From a virus (lineage: Duplodnaviria > Caudoviricetes), in IMG/VR virus record IMGVR_UViG_3300021426_000068, positions 1 to 64,000 of that record: a DNA stretch of 64,000 nucleotides; one strand, 5' to 3'. Shown piece by piece: positions 27,703-38,375 of this stretch. The translations under genes and the position numbers were made by a program. Position 1 is the first letter of the stretch, and every line of letters starts with the position of its first letter. The notes under the pieces were generated by a model. That model had not been told where the DNA came from and ran no database searches. It worked only from the letters and a program-made list of their open reading frames with translations.

Positions 27703-28575
27703 TTACTGAGGTTTTGTTAACAGTTCATCACCTGGTCCAAATGTTCCACCATCAAGTTGCGGATTTTCTTTATTTAAATCATTATATGCTTTTGCAAAAA
27801 CTTTTCCTATTTTATTGACATATGTTTTAACAACATTATTTGCTAAATTATAAAACCATATGTAATTTTTACCTAAGTTGTTTTTAACGATTTCTGTAAA
27901 TTTTTCTTTGTTATTATTTGTTTTTAACACATATTCTCTAATAACATTAATGTTATTATAAACAATTGTATTTTTTAATGTTTCATATGGATTATTATAA
28001 GGATTATCCATTATTTGTTTATATATTCCATTTGCGAAAGCATCTTTTTCAAATTTACATCCATAATAAATAACAGTACCAACAATTTTTTTATATAAAT
28101 CAGAAGAATTTTTTAATTCTCTTGCTTTATTGTATAAGTTAAGGCTTTTCCTGTTAGATAATAAACTTTTTCCTGATTTAATCATTTGATAGACATGTTC
28201 AAATTCATGTTGAAGAGTCCCATTAAAGTCTACATATTTATTAATATCTCTAACATAGACAACTGTTGTTATTAAAGTAAATGTTCCATTTTTTTCTTTT
28301 CTTGAAGTTCCTCTATTATTTGGAATTGAATAAATTATATCATCATATGTACCAACATAATATAAATCATATACAATATTAATAGTATTATTTTCAAAAA
28401 CATATTGAAAATCACCATGTTTAAATCTTTTAATACCATTTTTTTCTGAAGGAATTGTCTTACTATGTTGAATAATTTTAGACAAAATATCACTTGATGT
28501 TGTTGACACAATGTCAGCAACACCAAGTTCTTCATACAATTTTTGTTTTATTTCTATTAATAAGTCTTTCATCAT
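27703..28575 (-). CDS. hypothetical protein with HExxH motif
   Basis: TLQHEFEHVYQ...EKDAF. Confidence 0.7.
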   Translation of the reverse strand: MMKDLLIEIKQKLYEELGVADIVSTTSSDILSKIIQHSKTIPSEKNGIKRFKHGDFQYVFENNTINIVYDLYYVGTYDDIIYSIPNNRGTSRKEKNGTFTLITTVVYVRDINKYVDFNGTLQHEFEHVYQMIKSGKSLLSNRKSLNLYNKARELKNSSDLYKKIVGTVIYYGCKFEKDAFANGIYKQIMDNPYNNPYETLKNTIVYNNINVIREYVLKTNNNKEKFTEIVKNNLGKNYIWFYNLANNVVKTYVNKIGKVFAKAYNDLNKENPQLDGGTFGPGDELLTKPQ

Positions 28576-28585
28576 TAATAAATAG

Positions 28586-28915
28586 TTAACGACTTACTTT
28601 TACAACAATGTTCTTGCGTTTATTTGTTGGAATAAGTTTCTCGTTCTTAAAAATTTCCATAACCATGTCATAAACCTGTGGATAAAGAGTATTAGAAGTC
28701 TCATTATCTATCTTTTTATTTTCCCTATCATAGAGATAAAGATAATTGTTCAAAAGGTCAATTTTAACAGAGCGTACAGGGAAATTGTTAGTAAGATAAC
28801 CTTTCCAATTAAGATAATTATAGATGTCAACTCGCCTAATTCTGCGAAGCATCATCATTTCTTTAAGTGGACCACGTGAGTTACAAAGTGTGTCAAAAAA
28901 ATTAAAATCTTTCAT
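28586..28915 (-). CDS. hypothetical protein
   Basis: ORF track. Confidence 0.7.
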   Translation of the reverse strand: MKDFNFFDTLCNSRGPLKEMMMLRRIRRVDIYNYLNWKGYLTNNFPVRSVKIDLLNNYLYLYDRENKKIDNETSNTLYPQVYDMVMEIFKNEKLIPTNKRKNIVVKVSR

Positions 28916-28934
28916 TTTATTAATAATTTAAAGT

Positions 28935-29477
28935 TTACCAAATATATTTAAGTTTTGCACCATTAACAAATCGTCTTGTACCAAGTCTTACTTCTGCTGC
29001 TATTTCAGGAAAAGTGTTATAAAAACGTTTCCATTCAGAATTACTTCGTTTTAGAGAAGGTACACGAATAAGATAAAACCGATTGCCTTTGTGTATACCT
29101 TTAAAACAATTTTTTTTGTCTTTTCTATCACCAAAACCCATAGCTGGCATCATACTTTTATGCTTTCCATCGAAAATAAAATCTGAATCAGGCATTTTAA
29201 GTTTTTCTTCTATAGGAAGTTTAAGGAAAATGTATTCTTCAGCATCAACTTCTTCACCTGGTTCATAAAGACTTTCGAAATATAATAAAGTATCATTATA
29301 TTCTTTAATCTTTTTTTGATATACAATTTCTATAATATTGTTACTATTATAATTTGTTACAATATTATCTCGTTTATCAAGTGAAGGCATCCATTTACAA
29401 CCTTCGTTCTGTAACATTAGACGATAAGTTGGAATGTGATATGAACGTCTATCATATTTACTTTTATTTTTTCTCAT
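28935..29477 (-). CDS. hypothetical protein
   Basis: ORF track. Confidence 0.7.
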   Translation of the reverse strand: MRKNKSKYDRRSYHIPTYRLMLQNEGCKWMPSLDKRDNIVTNYNSNNIIEIVYQKKIKEYNDTLLYFESLYEPGEEVDAEEYIFLKLPIEEKLKMPDSDFIFDGKHKSMMPAMGFGDRKDKKNCFKGIHKGNRFYLIRVPSLKRSNSEWKRFYNTFPEIAAEVRLGTRRFVNGAKLKYIW

Positions 29478-29501
29478 AATATGTTTTTTACATAACTATT
29501 T

Positions 29502-29517
29502 ACAAGAATTGTGCCAA
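29502..29517 (-). promoter_or_regulatory. sigma54-like promoter
   Basis: TTGGCACA-ATTC-TTGT upstream of 29477. Confidence 0.45.
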
Positions 29518-29532
29518 ACTTTTTCTTTATTC

Positions 29533-29808
29533 TCATGTTAATGCCCAACTAACAACACGAAATCCTTTAGGTTTACAATTTGTTTGGAGAAAGAAAATAC
29601 CATTTCCAGCATATTCTGCTCTATATATTTTTCTTTTCCAATAATGAAACCACAAAAACTTTTTGGGAACAACACAATCAGCAAAAACCTGAGTATGAGT
29701 ATTTGGCATACAGCATGAACAATCATGCCATGTTCTTATTTCATATTCAATTTCTCGCAGTTTAACTATGTTTTTATATGTAACTTTATATTTTATATCT
29801 CCTTTCAT
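29533..29808 (-). CDS. hypothetical protein
   Basis: ORF track; coupled. Confidence 0.65.
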   Translation of the reverse strand: MKGDIKYKVTYKNIVKLREIEYEIRTWHDCSCCMPNTHTQVFADCVVPKKFLWFHYWKRKIYRAEYAGNGIFFLQTNCKPKGFRVVSWALT

Positions 29809-30077
29809 ATAAGTTTCTTTTTAGAATTAAGTTCTTCATCAATCATCTGAATAGCATCATCAATACCTTCAAGTTCACCTCTTTCTTCTTCAGATTCGAG
29901 TTCTTCAATAGTTTTTCCTAAACCACCGTTATGTTCCAAACGAATAAGTTCTTCAATACGATGTTTACGATTTTCGAATGCTGCTCTCATTTTATGAAGT
30001 TCATTAACTTCAGCAGTACGATAAGTAACTATGCAACCACATATAATTGCAATAATAAATAAAATAAACCAAATCAT
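29805..30077 (-). CDS. membrane-anchored hypothetical protein
   Basis: N-terminal TM helix plus coiled coil. Confidence 0.65.
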   Translation of the reverse strand: MIWFILFIIAIICGCIVTYRTAEVNELHKMRAAFENRKHRIEELIRLEHNGGLGKTIEELESEEERGELEGIDDAIQMIDEELNSKKKLI

Positions 30078-30358
30078 AATAAATAATTTTTATTTAAATA
30101 ATTTTCAAAAATTTTATCAATAGCATTTTTAATATCTAAAACAGATGTTCCTTCTTTAATAATCAAAGCATAATTATTAACAAATTTATTAAATTTACTA
30201 AGGTTTTCTTCATATTTATCGAAACTTTCTTGTATACGTTCACTAATACCTGAACTTTTTTGTTTTTCTGAAATTGCAATATAATTCATATATTCGTCAC
30301 ATGAATTTTTTAAATTAGTTACAATTTCATAAATTTCATTAATTTCTCTTTGTGTCAT
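30074..30358 (-). CDS. hypothetical protein
   Basis: ORF track. Confidence 0.65.
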   Translation of the reverse strand: MTQREINEIYEIVTNLKNSCDEYMNYIAISEKQKSSGISERIQESFDKYEENLSKFNKFVNNYALIIKEGTSVLDIKNAIDKIFENYLNKNYLL

Positions 30359-30370
30359 AATTTTTATTTT

Positions 30371-30601
30371 TTAAGGTAACAACTCATATTGATATGCCCA
30401 GGCAACTATAGAATATTTTTCTTTAAGCCATTCCCAATTAGAGTGTTTTTCTTCTTTATTATTTACTATTTTAGTTGTATATGTATTCTTAAACGTTCCA
30501 AATTTTTCGTTTTTAGTTAGATAAATTACAGGTGTACTCATTTTATCAGGCGTAATATCTGAACTTTTCCAATTAAAACAAATTGTTTTATATTCTTCCA
30601 T
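30371..30601 (-). CDS. hypothetical protein
   Basis: ORF track. Confidence 0.65.
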   Translation of the reverse strand: MEEYKTICFNWKSSDITPDKMSTPVIYLTKNEKFGTFKNTYTTKIVNNKEEKHSNWEWLKEKYSIVAWAYQYELLP

Positions 30602-30668
30602 GTTTTTATTTTTAGATTAAGTTATTTTTTATAAAACACAAACTGATAATTACAATTATCATGCCATA

Positions 30669-30971
30669 TTATTTTTCAATTAGTTCAATTATATTATTGT
30701 AACAAATTTGTTGTTCTTTACATTCGTTATATAAAATTTTTGTTTCAATTGCTATTTTAGCAGAAGTAAATGAATGATAGGCGTTTGTTGAATATACTTT
30801 ACAGTTATTTTTATCACTATCATCAATAATGTAAACAACCCATGAATTTTTGTTTCTTTTAACAATTGAATAATTTGTGTCTTTATATCTGTTTTTTTTT
30901 ATATTTTCAAAAAAGCCGTTTGGATAATTTATAAATCTTTCTTTATCTTTTTCCTGTAATAATGTAACCAT
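30669..30971 (-). CDS. hypothetical protein
   Basis: ORF track. Confidence 0.6.
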   Translation of the reverse strand: MVTLLQEKDKERFINYPNGFFENIKKNRYKDTNYSIVKRNKNSWVVYIIDDSDKNNCKVYSTNAYHSFTSAKIAIETKILYNECKEQQICYNNIIELIEK

Positions 30972-30992
30972 AATTATTAAAACATTTTTTCA

Positions 30993-32018
30993 TTATATTA
31001 ATAATTCTATTTCAGAAAATTGTTTTCTTTTTTTATATATGTTTATTATACCTTGTTTATTTTCAGTTTGATAAATTTCTCCGAAGTCTTTATATTGACT
31101 ATCTTTTTTAAGATTGATATACCATATTTTATTTCGTAATCTTCCAACGTTTAATAAATTATATATTCTTTTTGTTTCACTGATATCAGTATCTCCATCA
31201 AGACAAATCGTTATATTAGCATTTGCCTTTTCATATAATTGTTTATATATTTCATTTTCCTTTTTTAATGATTTCCCTAGTAATGCAATTGTATTTGGAC
31301 TATAAAGAGTGTCAATAGCACCTTCAACTAATATTATATCATTATTCCATTGAATTTTATTTTCTTGAAAAACTATTTTGTTTTTATCTGCATCACAGTT
31401 TTTATATTTGGTTTTTCTTTTATCATTTTTATTGTTTATAAAATCTCTACCAACCCAATAATTTAAGTCACCTTCAGTATTATATGATGGTATAATAATT
31501 CTATCTCTATCCTGCCATTTTTCCTCATCCCATGTAGTATAACCAATATTATAAAAATCAATAATATCTTGTGTTATTTTTCTTTCGTTAAGATATTCTA
31601 TTAATTTTTGTTTTTTACACGTTTTCAAATCAATTTTTTTAAAAGTCAATGGAAGTTTTAAAGTGTTATAATATCCCAAATCTTCACCATTATCTTTGAA
31701 AAGTTCTAAATCATAATATTTAGATTCTTTTATCTCATTAATAATAGAAAAGTATTCATTTAAAAGTTCTTTAGAACCCCATTTACGTATCAAACGTGAA
31801 ATATTACCAGAATAATCATGACACCAACAATGAAACTTTCCTTTTTCAAAGGAAACTTCTAAGTTTTTTTTACCATCAGGAATTCCACCATTTTCATCAC
31901 GTGCTATTGGACAGTCAAACTGATACTGAGAAACATTAGTGCTAAATTCTCCTTGTTTACTTTCTCCAAGAATTAACACTAACATATCATATACTCTTCT
32001 TAGTTCAACTGGTAACAT
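30993..32018 (-). CDS. DNA primase (Zn finger + TOPRIM)
   Basis: CP...FHCWC, YLNERKI, RIIIPSY, VGR, VEGAID, LDGD, KDFGE. Confidence 0.88.
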   Translation of the reverse strand: MLPVELRRVYDMLVLILGESKQGEFSTNVSQYQFDCPIARDENGGIPDGKKNLEVSFEKGKFHCWCHDYSGNISRLIRKWGSKELLNEYFSIINEIKESKYYDLELFKDNGEDLGYYNTLKLPLTFKKIDLKTCKKQKLIEYLNERKITQDIIDFYNIGYTTWDEEKWQDRDRIIIPSYNTEGDLNYWVGRDFINNKNDKRKTKYKNCDADKNKIVFQENKIQWNNDIILVEGAIDTLYSPNTIALLGKSLKKENEIYKQLYEKANANITICLDGDTDISETKRIYNLLNVGRLRNKIWYINLKKDSQYKDFGEIYQTENKQGIINIYKKRKQFSEIELLI

Positions 32019-32135
32019 GCTATAATTTTTATTTTTCTTTACAAAAATACAAAATTTCTTTTGTTTTGCCAAACAATTCTTATAAAATCTTGACTTTTTA
32101 TAGATTTTATACTATTTATATTAAAAAGATTTATT

Positions 32136-33275
32136 ATGGCTAAAAAAATGACACAACAAGAATTTATTGAACGTGCAAAAGAAATACATGGGGATAAATA
32201 TGATTATTCAAAAGTTGAATATAAAAATTCTTCAACTAAAGTGTGTATCATTTGTCCTGAGCATGGAGAATTTTGGCAAGTTCCAAATTCTCATTTAAAC
32301 GGTAACGGATGTCGAAAGTGTAAATATGATGAATACAAAGAAAAACGTTCAAAAACGTTTGAAGAATTTGTTAATCAAGCAAAAGAAGTACACGGTGATA
32401 AATATGATTATTCTAAAGTTGAATATAAAAACAATCATACTAAAGTGTGTATTATTTGTCCTGAGCATGGAGAATTTTGGCAAACACCAAAAAATCATTT
32501 AAATAGTCAAGGTTGTATGAAATGTAAATTAAAAGAGCAAGGGAAACGATTAAAATATACAACAGAAAAGTTTATAGAAAAAGCGAAACAAGTACATGGA
32601 GATATATATGATTATTCTAAAGTTAACTATGTTGATAGTCACACTAAAGTGTGTATTATCTGTCCTGAACATGGAGAATTTTGGCAAAAACCTGATAATC
32701 ATTTAAATGGATGGGGTTGTAAAAAATGTGGTTTAAAAAAAAGTAGCGAAAAACAAACATTAACAACGGAAGATTTTATTAAACGTGCAAAAGAAATACA
32801 TGGGGATAAATATGATTATAGTAAGGTAAACTATATTGATACTAAAACCAAAGTATGTATTATTTGCCATAAACATGGTGAATTTTGGCAAACACCTAAT
32901 AATCATTTACATGGATATGGATGTAAAAAATGTTTTGAAAGTCATATGGAACGAGATGTTGCAAAAGTTTTAAACGAAAATAATATAAAGTTTGAACAGG
33001 AAAAAACATTTGATTGGTTGAAATATGAAAACAATTTATATTTAGATTTTTATTTACCTGAATATGATGTAGCCATAGAATGTCAAGGTGAACAACATTT
33101 TCAACCAGTTGATTTTTCGGGAAAAAATTATGAATTAGCAAAAAAACAATTTTTATTAATTCAAAATAGAGATAAAATTAAAAAAACATTATGTGAAAAA
33201 AATGGTATAAAACTTTTATATTATATAAGCAATGAAGATTACAATACAATAATAAAAAAGATAAGAGACAGTTAA
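32136..33275 (+). CDS. homing endonuclease-like protein: four Zn-ribbon repeats + PD-(D/E)XK/Vsr-like nuclease
   Basis: (HGDKYDYSKV.Y.....KVCIICPEHGEFWQ.P..HL.G.GC..C)x4; LDFYLPEYDVAIECQGEQH. Confidence 0.85.
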   Translation: MAKKMTQQEFIERAKEIHGDKYDYSKVEYKNSSTKVCIICPEHGEFWQVPNSHLNGNGCRKCKYDEYKEKRSKTFEEFVNQAKEVHGDKYDYSKVEYKNNHTKVCIICPEHGEFWQTPKNHLNSQGCMKCKLKEQGKRLKYTTEKFIEKAKQVHGDIYDYSKVNYVDSHTKVCIICPEHGEFWQKPDNHLNGWGCKKCGLKKSSEKQTLTTEDFIKRAKEIHGDKYDYSKVNYIDTKTKVCIICHKHGEFWQTPNNHLHGYGCKKCFESHMERDVAKVLNENNIKFEQEKTFDWLKYENNLYLDFYLPEYDVAIECQGEQHFQPVDFSGKNYELAKKQFLLIQNRDKIKKTLCEKNGIKLLYYISNEDYNTIIKKIRDS

Positions 33276-33282
33276 CTGTCTC

Positions 33283-33801
33283 TTATTCTTTATCTAACAT
33301 ATTTTTTAACATTTCTAAATCTTTAGATTCTTCAAACCAGGCATTACGCCAATTAACATAAAATCCGTAAAGTTTTGTTAATGTTTTCATGTTTTCATTT
33401 GTTAAAATTAAACCATCGCACCAAAGAAAACAACCTTCACCTGTACTAGTCCTTAATTTAAACTGAAATTTTAAATTATTAAGTCTTGGAATTGTACCAC
33501 TAAATATAAGATTATTTTCTGAAGGAAGATAAATTAAAGGTGATTCGGAAACTTTATCACCTGGTTTTGAAAATTGTGCACCACTATCAACAGAACTTCT
33601 AAATTGTTCTATTTGGCTTGAAAGAACACTCTGTCCAAATTTAGGGTCATCAGTAATTGCTATAGCATCTTCTTTTCCAGACTGACTATCTTCAGTAAGT
33701 AAAGATTTGCTATTTTCGGAATTTGAACTTTCTTTAATTGTACGTATTTTATTAAGTATATCCCTAATATCATCGTACTGTTTAGTCTGATTAGGTTTCA
33801 T
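33283..33801 (-). CDS. hypothetical protein
   Basis: ORF track. Confidence 0.7.
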   Translation of the reverse strand: MKPNQTKQYDDIRDILNKIRTIKESSNSENSKSLLTEDSQSGKEDAIAITDDPKFGQSVLSSQIEQFRSSVDSGAQFSKPGDKVSESPLIYLPSENNLIFSGTIPRLNNLKFQFKLRTSTGEGCFLWCDGLILTNENMKTLTKLYGFYVNWRNAWFEESKDLEMLKNMLDKE

Positions 33802-33813
33802 TTTAATAAACAA

Positions 33814-34302
33814 TTATCCCATTATTCCATTCCAATAGTTAGTTTTTGGTCTATTAGAATGTTTTATTATTTTTTCAATTTTTTGCTGTTCGTTTTGTGC
33901 TTTTCTAATTTCTTCATTTATTAATTTTTCAGCATCTTCTTTTGTATTAACTGATTCAAACTTTTCATTAAATGATTTAACTGATTCTTCAAAATTATCA
34001 TTAATCTCATTAATTTCTTTAATTAAATCATTAGTTTTTTCAATTGTTTCTTTTGTTATTTCTTCGTTAATAGTATCATCTTCATATGTTTCTATTGAAG
34101 CATCAACACCTGAAATACTATTTATGGCATCTTCTAATGTAACTTCATTATTATTTGTTAATGAAACTGAATCTTCAACAATATCAAGATTTTCGTCAAG
34201 TTTAACGGTTTTATTTTTTTCTTCGATTACATTTTCTTTAACAGTTTTAGAAGATTTAACTTTTTCTTTTTCGATTTTCTTATTGTTTTTCTTTGTATTC
34301 AT
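33814..34302 (-). CDS. hypothetical acidic coiled-coil protein
   Basis: ORF track. Confidence 0.7.
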   Translation of the reverse strand: MNTKKNNKKIEKEKVKSSKTVKENVIEEKNKTVKLDENLDIVEDSVSLTNNNEVTLEDAINSISGVDASIETYEDDTINEEITKETIEKTNDLIKEINEINDNFEESVKSFNEKFESVNTKEDAEKLINEEIRKAQNEQQKIEKIIKHSNRPKTNYWNGIMG

Positions 34303-34325
34303 ATTTCTTTATATTTCTTCTTTAA

Positions 34326-35021
34326 TTATTTATAAATAGTTCCATTTAAGTTAAAAGATAACGCAGCACTTCTCATTTTCTTAAAACTATTTTCATTGAT
34401 TTGTCTTATACGTTCTTTAGATATTCCTAATTCTTTTCCAATTTCTTCTAATGTTTTTGGTTCTTCACCGTTTAATCCATAATATTGTGAAATTATAGTA
34501 CGTTCCTTATTAGATAAAAAGTTCATTAAAGAACCTATTTTTTGCTTAATATCTATTTCATCTGCACTATCATTTTCATATGGTATATCTAAATTGTCTT
34601 GACTATTGTCATCATCAATTTCATCTTTTTCATTATAAGTTGGTAAATCTTCAGCATCTATTGAATTTCTTTTTTCTATTGCTTCTTTAATTGTTTGTTT
34701 AATCCACCATACAGAGTAACTTATAATTTTAAATCCTTTATCACCATCAAAATTATCTAAAGCCTTTATTAAACCTAAATTACCTTCTGATATTAAATCG
34801 GAATATGACAACCCTCTACCTTGATAATTTTTTGCTATGTTAGCAACAAATTTAAGGTTTGATGAAACAAGTTTGTTTCTTGCTTCTATATCATTATCAT
34901 ATTTATATTTATACCATAAATCATATTCTTCTTCACGAGATAATGGTTTACACTCACTAATATCATTAAAATATTTTTCAATATTAGTATCGTATTCAAC
35001 GATATTTCTATTACGTTTCAT
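34326..35021 (-). CDS. phage sigma70-family RNA polymerase sigma factor
   Basis: NLKFVANIAKNY, DLISEGNLGL, YSVWWIKQ, TLEEIGKELGISKERIRQI. Confidence 0.92.
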   Translation of the reverse strand: MKRNRNIVEYDTNIEKYFNDISECKPLSREEEYDLWYKYKYDNDIEARNKLVSSNLKFVANIAKNYQGRGLSYSDLISEGNLGLIKALDNFDGDKGFKIISYSVWWIKQTIKEAIEKRNSIDAEDLPTYNEKDEIDDDNSQDNLDIPYENDSADEIDIKQKIGSLMNFLSNKERTIISQYYGLNGEEPKTLEEIGKELGISKERIRQINENSFKKMRSAALSFNLNGTIYK

Positions 35022-35819
35022 TTAATCTATGTTTTCATTTTCTTTATTTTTTGTAGCAATTTCAGAAATTCTGTCATTACTAAGTTTAACATATTCACTA
35101 ACTTTATCTATACCAATAAAATTTCTTTTTAACTTTATTGCAGCAATACCTGTTGTACCGCTTCCACAAAATGGGTCAAGTACTAAATCACCTTCATTAG
35201 ACCAAGATAAAATGTGGTTGTATGCAAGTTTTTCAGGAAAAACAGCAGGATGTTCAGTTGTATTTTTTGCAACAGCAATTTTCCATATATTACCCTTAAC
35301 TTTTTCTTTATTAATATTAAAGGTTTTATGTGTTCTACCATTTTCGCCACCAATGTTTTTACATGTTGAATCATATGTTTTTCCAGCACATTTACACTCT
35401 TCCATTATAGGATTAAATGTTTTTGGTGTTCCTTTTGAAAAAACAAACATATATTCAAAAGTTTGGTTATATCTAGGTTGTTTAACTTGTGGAAGTGGAT
35501 TGGCTTTTTCAAAAATCATTGTATCATTTAATTTAAAACCTGCTTCCATAAAAGCAAGAGCATGTCTAAACGAAGTACCTGTTTCACTTCCATTTTTAGT
35601 TTTATCACCTACAATCCAAACAACAATTCCACCTGGTCGTGTTATAATAAATAGTTGTTGTATAATTTCTTTACATATATCAAGATTCCATTCAAGACTA
35701 TCTTTATATGTTCTCATATCATCATAAGGTGGGCTAGTAACAGTTAAGTCTACTTGTACACCTTCTTCTATAAGTTCTTTTAATTTTATTCTACTATCAC
35801 CTTCTAATACTTTAAACAT
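35022..35819 (-). CDS. site-specific DNA methyltransferase (N4/N6, beta class)
   Basis: VTSPPY ... HPAVFP ... VLDPFCGSGTT. Confidence 0.92.
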   Translation of the reverse strand: MFKVLEGDSRIKLKELIEEGVQVDLTVTSPPYDDMRTYKDSLEWNLDICKEIIQQLFIITRPGGIVVWIVGDKTKNGSETGTSFRHALAFMEAGFKLNDTMIFEKANPLPQVKQPRYNQTFEYMFVFSKGTPKTFNPIMEECKCAGKTYDSTCKNIGGENGRTHKTFNINKEKVKGNIWKIAVAKNTTEHPAVFPEKLAYNHILSWSNEGDLVLDPFCGSGTTGIAAIKLKRNFIGIDKVSEYVKLSNDRISEIATKNKENENID

Positions 35820-38209
35820 TATAAAACAGATTTTATTGAACTTATATTATTTTCTTTTTTAATTGTGATAACTTGTGAATGCCAGTCAAGAATGTCATTA
35901 AGGTGAGTAATATGTAAAACAAAACTAAAATAAGGTATTATTTTATCATATAACTTTTTAACAGCATCATAATTTTCTTTAGCAACACCGCCTAAAATTT
36001 CATCAAGAAGAATAAATGGTGGTCTACTAAGCATAGACATATTTCCTAAAACGACACGAAGAGCAAGTGAAGCAACAGTTCTTTCAAATCCAGAAGCAGC
36101 GTTAAGTTTACATTTAGCACCATCACGTTCCATAATAAAATCAACTTCATTCTTATCATTCATAATAACTTCAACTGTAAAGTCTGCGACATCATTAAGT
36201 AAGTTATCCATTTGCGCATTTATAATTGGTAAAGTATTTCTTAATACTATTTTTGAAATACCATCTTTACCAATTAGTCTAAGATAAAGTTTCCAATCTT
36301 TTTCAATCTTTTCTTCATTATTAATTTTAACAATAATAGATTCTTTTTCTGTTATATTTTTTTTATTGGTTTCTGTATCTTTTTCTAATGAAACAATTTC
36401 ACTATTTAAACGATTTTTAATATTATCTTCAGTCTTAACTGTTTCTTTTAATGTATTAATTTTTGCATCAATATCACTATTAGTTTTAATTGCTTCTTTG
36501 TTATCATTAAATTTTTTAATTATTTCTTTGGTTTCTTTAAGTTCAAGACGAAGATTAACAATTTTAGTTTCCAATGCAGAAATTTTAAGTTCTAATTGAT
36601 TTTTTGTCTTATAATTTTCTTTCTTAACTTCAATTTTTTCTATTTTAGAAATAACTTCTTCCTTTTCAGTGTTAAGTTTTATACCTTCATCAATTAGTTC
36701 TTTTATTTTTGTCTTATTTTCTTCTATATGTTTAGTATTATCAATACCATCAAATCTTTTTCCACAAGTAGGACAAAATTCACTTGTTTTAAGTTGTTTA
36801 TTACTATTTTTAAGATTTTCAATATTTGTTTTTATTTTGGAAATATTATATATTAATGTTTCTTTTTTTGAAACAAGTGTTTTATAATCTTCTTCAGAAT
36901 ATTCATAATCAGTAATTTTGTTAACTTGTTTTTCTAAATTAGCCTTTAATGCACTGTTTTCTTTTCCTGTTTTTATAATGTTTTCTATTTTGGTTTCAAG
37001 AGTAGTAACATTAATATTAGGATTAACACTATTATCTATTTGTTTCTTTTCTGATGCATAACGTGTAATATCATTGTTATATCTATCAATATTTTTTTCA
37101 CATTCTGTGACTTTTTTCTTTTTTTCTTCAATTTCTTCATTATTGGATTTATTTTTTTCTTTTAATGAAGAAATTTCACTATTAAGCGTTTCTCTATTAT
37201 ATATATCACAATATCTACCAACAGAAATCTTTTTATTCCATGTTTCTCTAGCAATAGTATTCTTATCTTCAAGACATGACAAACCAATCCAACGTGAAAG
37301 AAGTCTTCCCCTATCAGTTTTTTTAAGGGAAATTAATTCATCAAGGTCTTTCATGTTAGCTGAAATAATAAGGTCAAAGTCGTTTTCATCACCTATTGCT
37401 TCTTTTATAACTTTATTAGTTGCAGTAGAAGATGCTTCTTGCAGATTATCAACATCAACAAGTTCTTCTTGTTCACCGACTTCGTTAATCTTATAATACT
37501 CTATCTTTTGTGTGGCACTTCTAAGTTCCTTTTTAGATTTTCCAGCTCTTTTAAGTGTTCTTTTAATTATATAGTCAGTACCATCAATATTAATACAACC
37601 TTCTACCTTTAATTCAGTTTCGTTTTGTAAATGTATATTAAATAATTGTCCTAACTCATCATCTGCTTTTCCTGAATGTGTCTTTCCAAAGAAAAGAAAA
37701 TGAAGTAAGTCATATGCAAAAGTTGACTTTCCACTTTTATTTGCAGGTTCACCATTAAGTAATACTAAACCATGTAATTGTGTAAAGTCAAAATGATTAT
37801 TTTTTCCATAAGATAAAAAATTATCCCAATCTAACCATTTAATAGTATAACGTTTTCCTTTTTCATATTTATCGAAATTAATTTGATTATTTATCATTGA
37901 GTCAATAGAAACAATAGCATCCCAATCATAATCTTTAATTTCGTTTTCAGTAATATATTGTTTATATAATTTATGGTGAAAATTAACGTCAGTTATGTCT
38001 TTTATGTTTTCAGCGTTTAATGCTGTATCACCATTTGCTGATAACTTTTTAAAATTTTTTTCTATTGTTATATTAGAAGGGGAAATTCCATATTTTTCGC
38101 CAAATAATGCTTTTATGTTTTTTTCTTTTTCTTTAGTATAATCAATAGGTGAAAGATTCCATTTTATTTTAACTTTACCATTTTTTCCTATTTCTATTTT
38201 CTTCTCCAT
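35819..38209 (-). CDS. SbcC/Rad50 (gp46-like) ATPase
   Basis: NFLSYG, SGKST, coiled coil with CPTC hook, ASGFE, ILLDE, ITH. Confidence 0.92.
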   Translation of the reverse strand: MEKKIEIGKNGKVKIKWNLSPIDYTKEKEKNIKALFGEKYGISPSNITIEKNFKKLSANGDTALNAENIKDITDVNFHHKLYKQYITENEIKDYDWDAIVSIDSMINNQINFDKYEKGKRYTIKWLDWDNFLSYGKNNHFDFTQLHGLVLLNGEPANKSGKSTFAYDLLHFLFFGKTHSGKADDELGQLFNIHLQNETELKVEGCINIDGTDYIIKRTLKRAGKSKKELRSATQKIEYYKINEVGEQEELVDVDNLQEASSTATNKVIKEAIGDENDFDLIISANMKDLDELISLKKTDRGRLLSRWIGLSCLEDKNTIARETWNKKISVGRYCDIYNRETLNSEISSLKEKNKSNNEEIEEKKKKVTECEKNIDRYNNDITRYASEKKQIDNSVNPNINVTTLETKIENIIKTGKENSALKANLEKQVNKITDYEYSEEDYKTLVSKKETLIYNISKIKTNIENLKNSNKQLKTSEFCPTCGKRFDGIDNTKHIEENKTKIKELIDEGIKLNTEKEEVISKIEKIEVKKENYKTKNQLELKISALETKIVNLRLELKETKEIIKKFNDNKEAIKTNSDIDAKINTLKETVKTEDNIKNRLNSEIVSLEKDTETNKKNITEKESIIVKINNEEKIEKDWKLYLRLIGKDGISKIVLRNTLPIINAQMDNLLNDVADFTVEVIMNDKNEVDFIMERDGAKCKLNAASGFERTVASLALRVVLGNMSMLSRPPFILLDEILGGVAKENYDAVKKLYDKIIPYFSFVLHITHLNDILDWHSQVITIKKENNISSIKSVL

Positions 38210-38375
38210 AAACTTCTTCTTTGATAATATTTTTTATCTGTTTTTTAAGTAAAGACTTTATTGTTTTTTTATTTTTCTTTTTTAACCTTCTAAAGTGATT
38301 ATTATGAATATCAGGCAAATCAAATTCCCAAATATTTTCATTTTTTCTAAACAATGATTTTAAACTTGTTTTCAT
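38175..38375 (-). CDS. small basic hypothetical protein
   Basis: ORF track; coupled. Confidence 0.5.
   Translation of the reverse strand: MKTSLKSLFRKNENIWEFDLPDIHNNHFRRLKKKNKKTIKSLLKKQIKNIIKEEVYGEENRNRKKW

Noticed and set aside
35029-35727. 232-aa plus-strand ORF and other antisense ORFs (22833, 37074, 39508, 51720, 53112)
   Set aside because: Shadow ORFs opposite well-supported genes, with Ser/Leu/Phe-rich antisense composition
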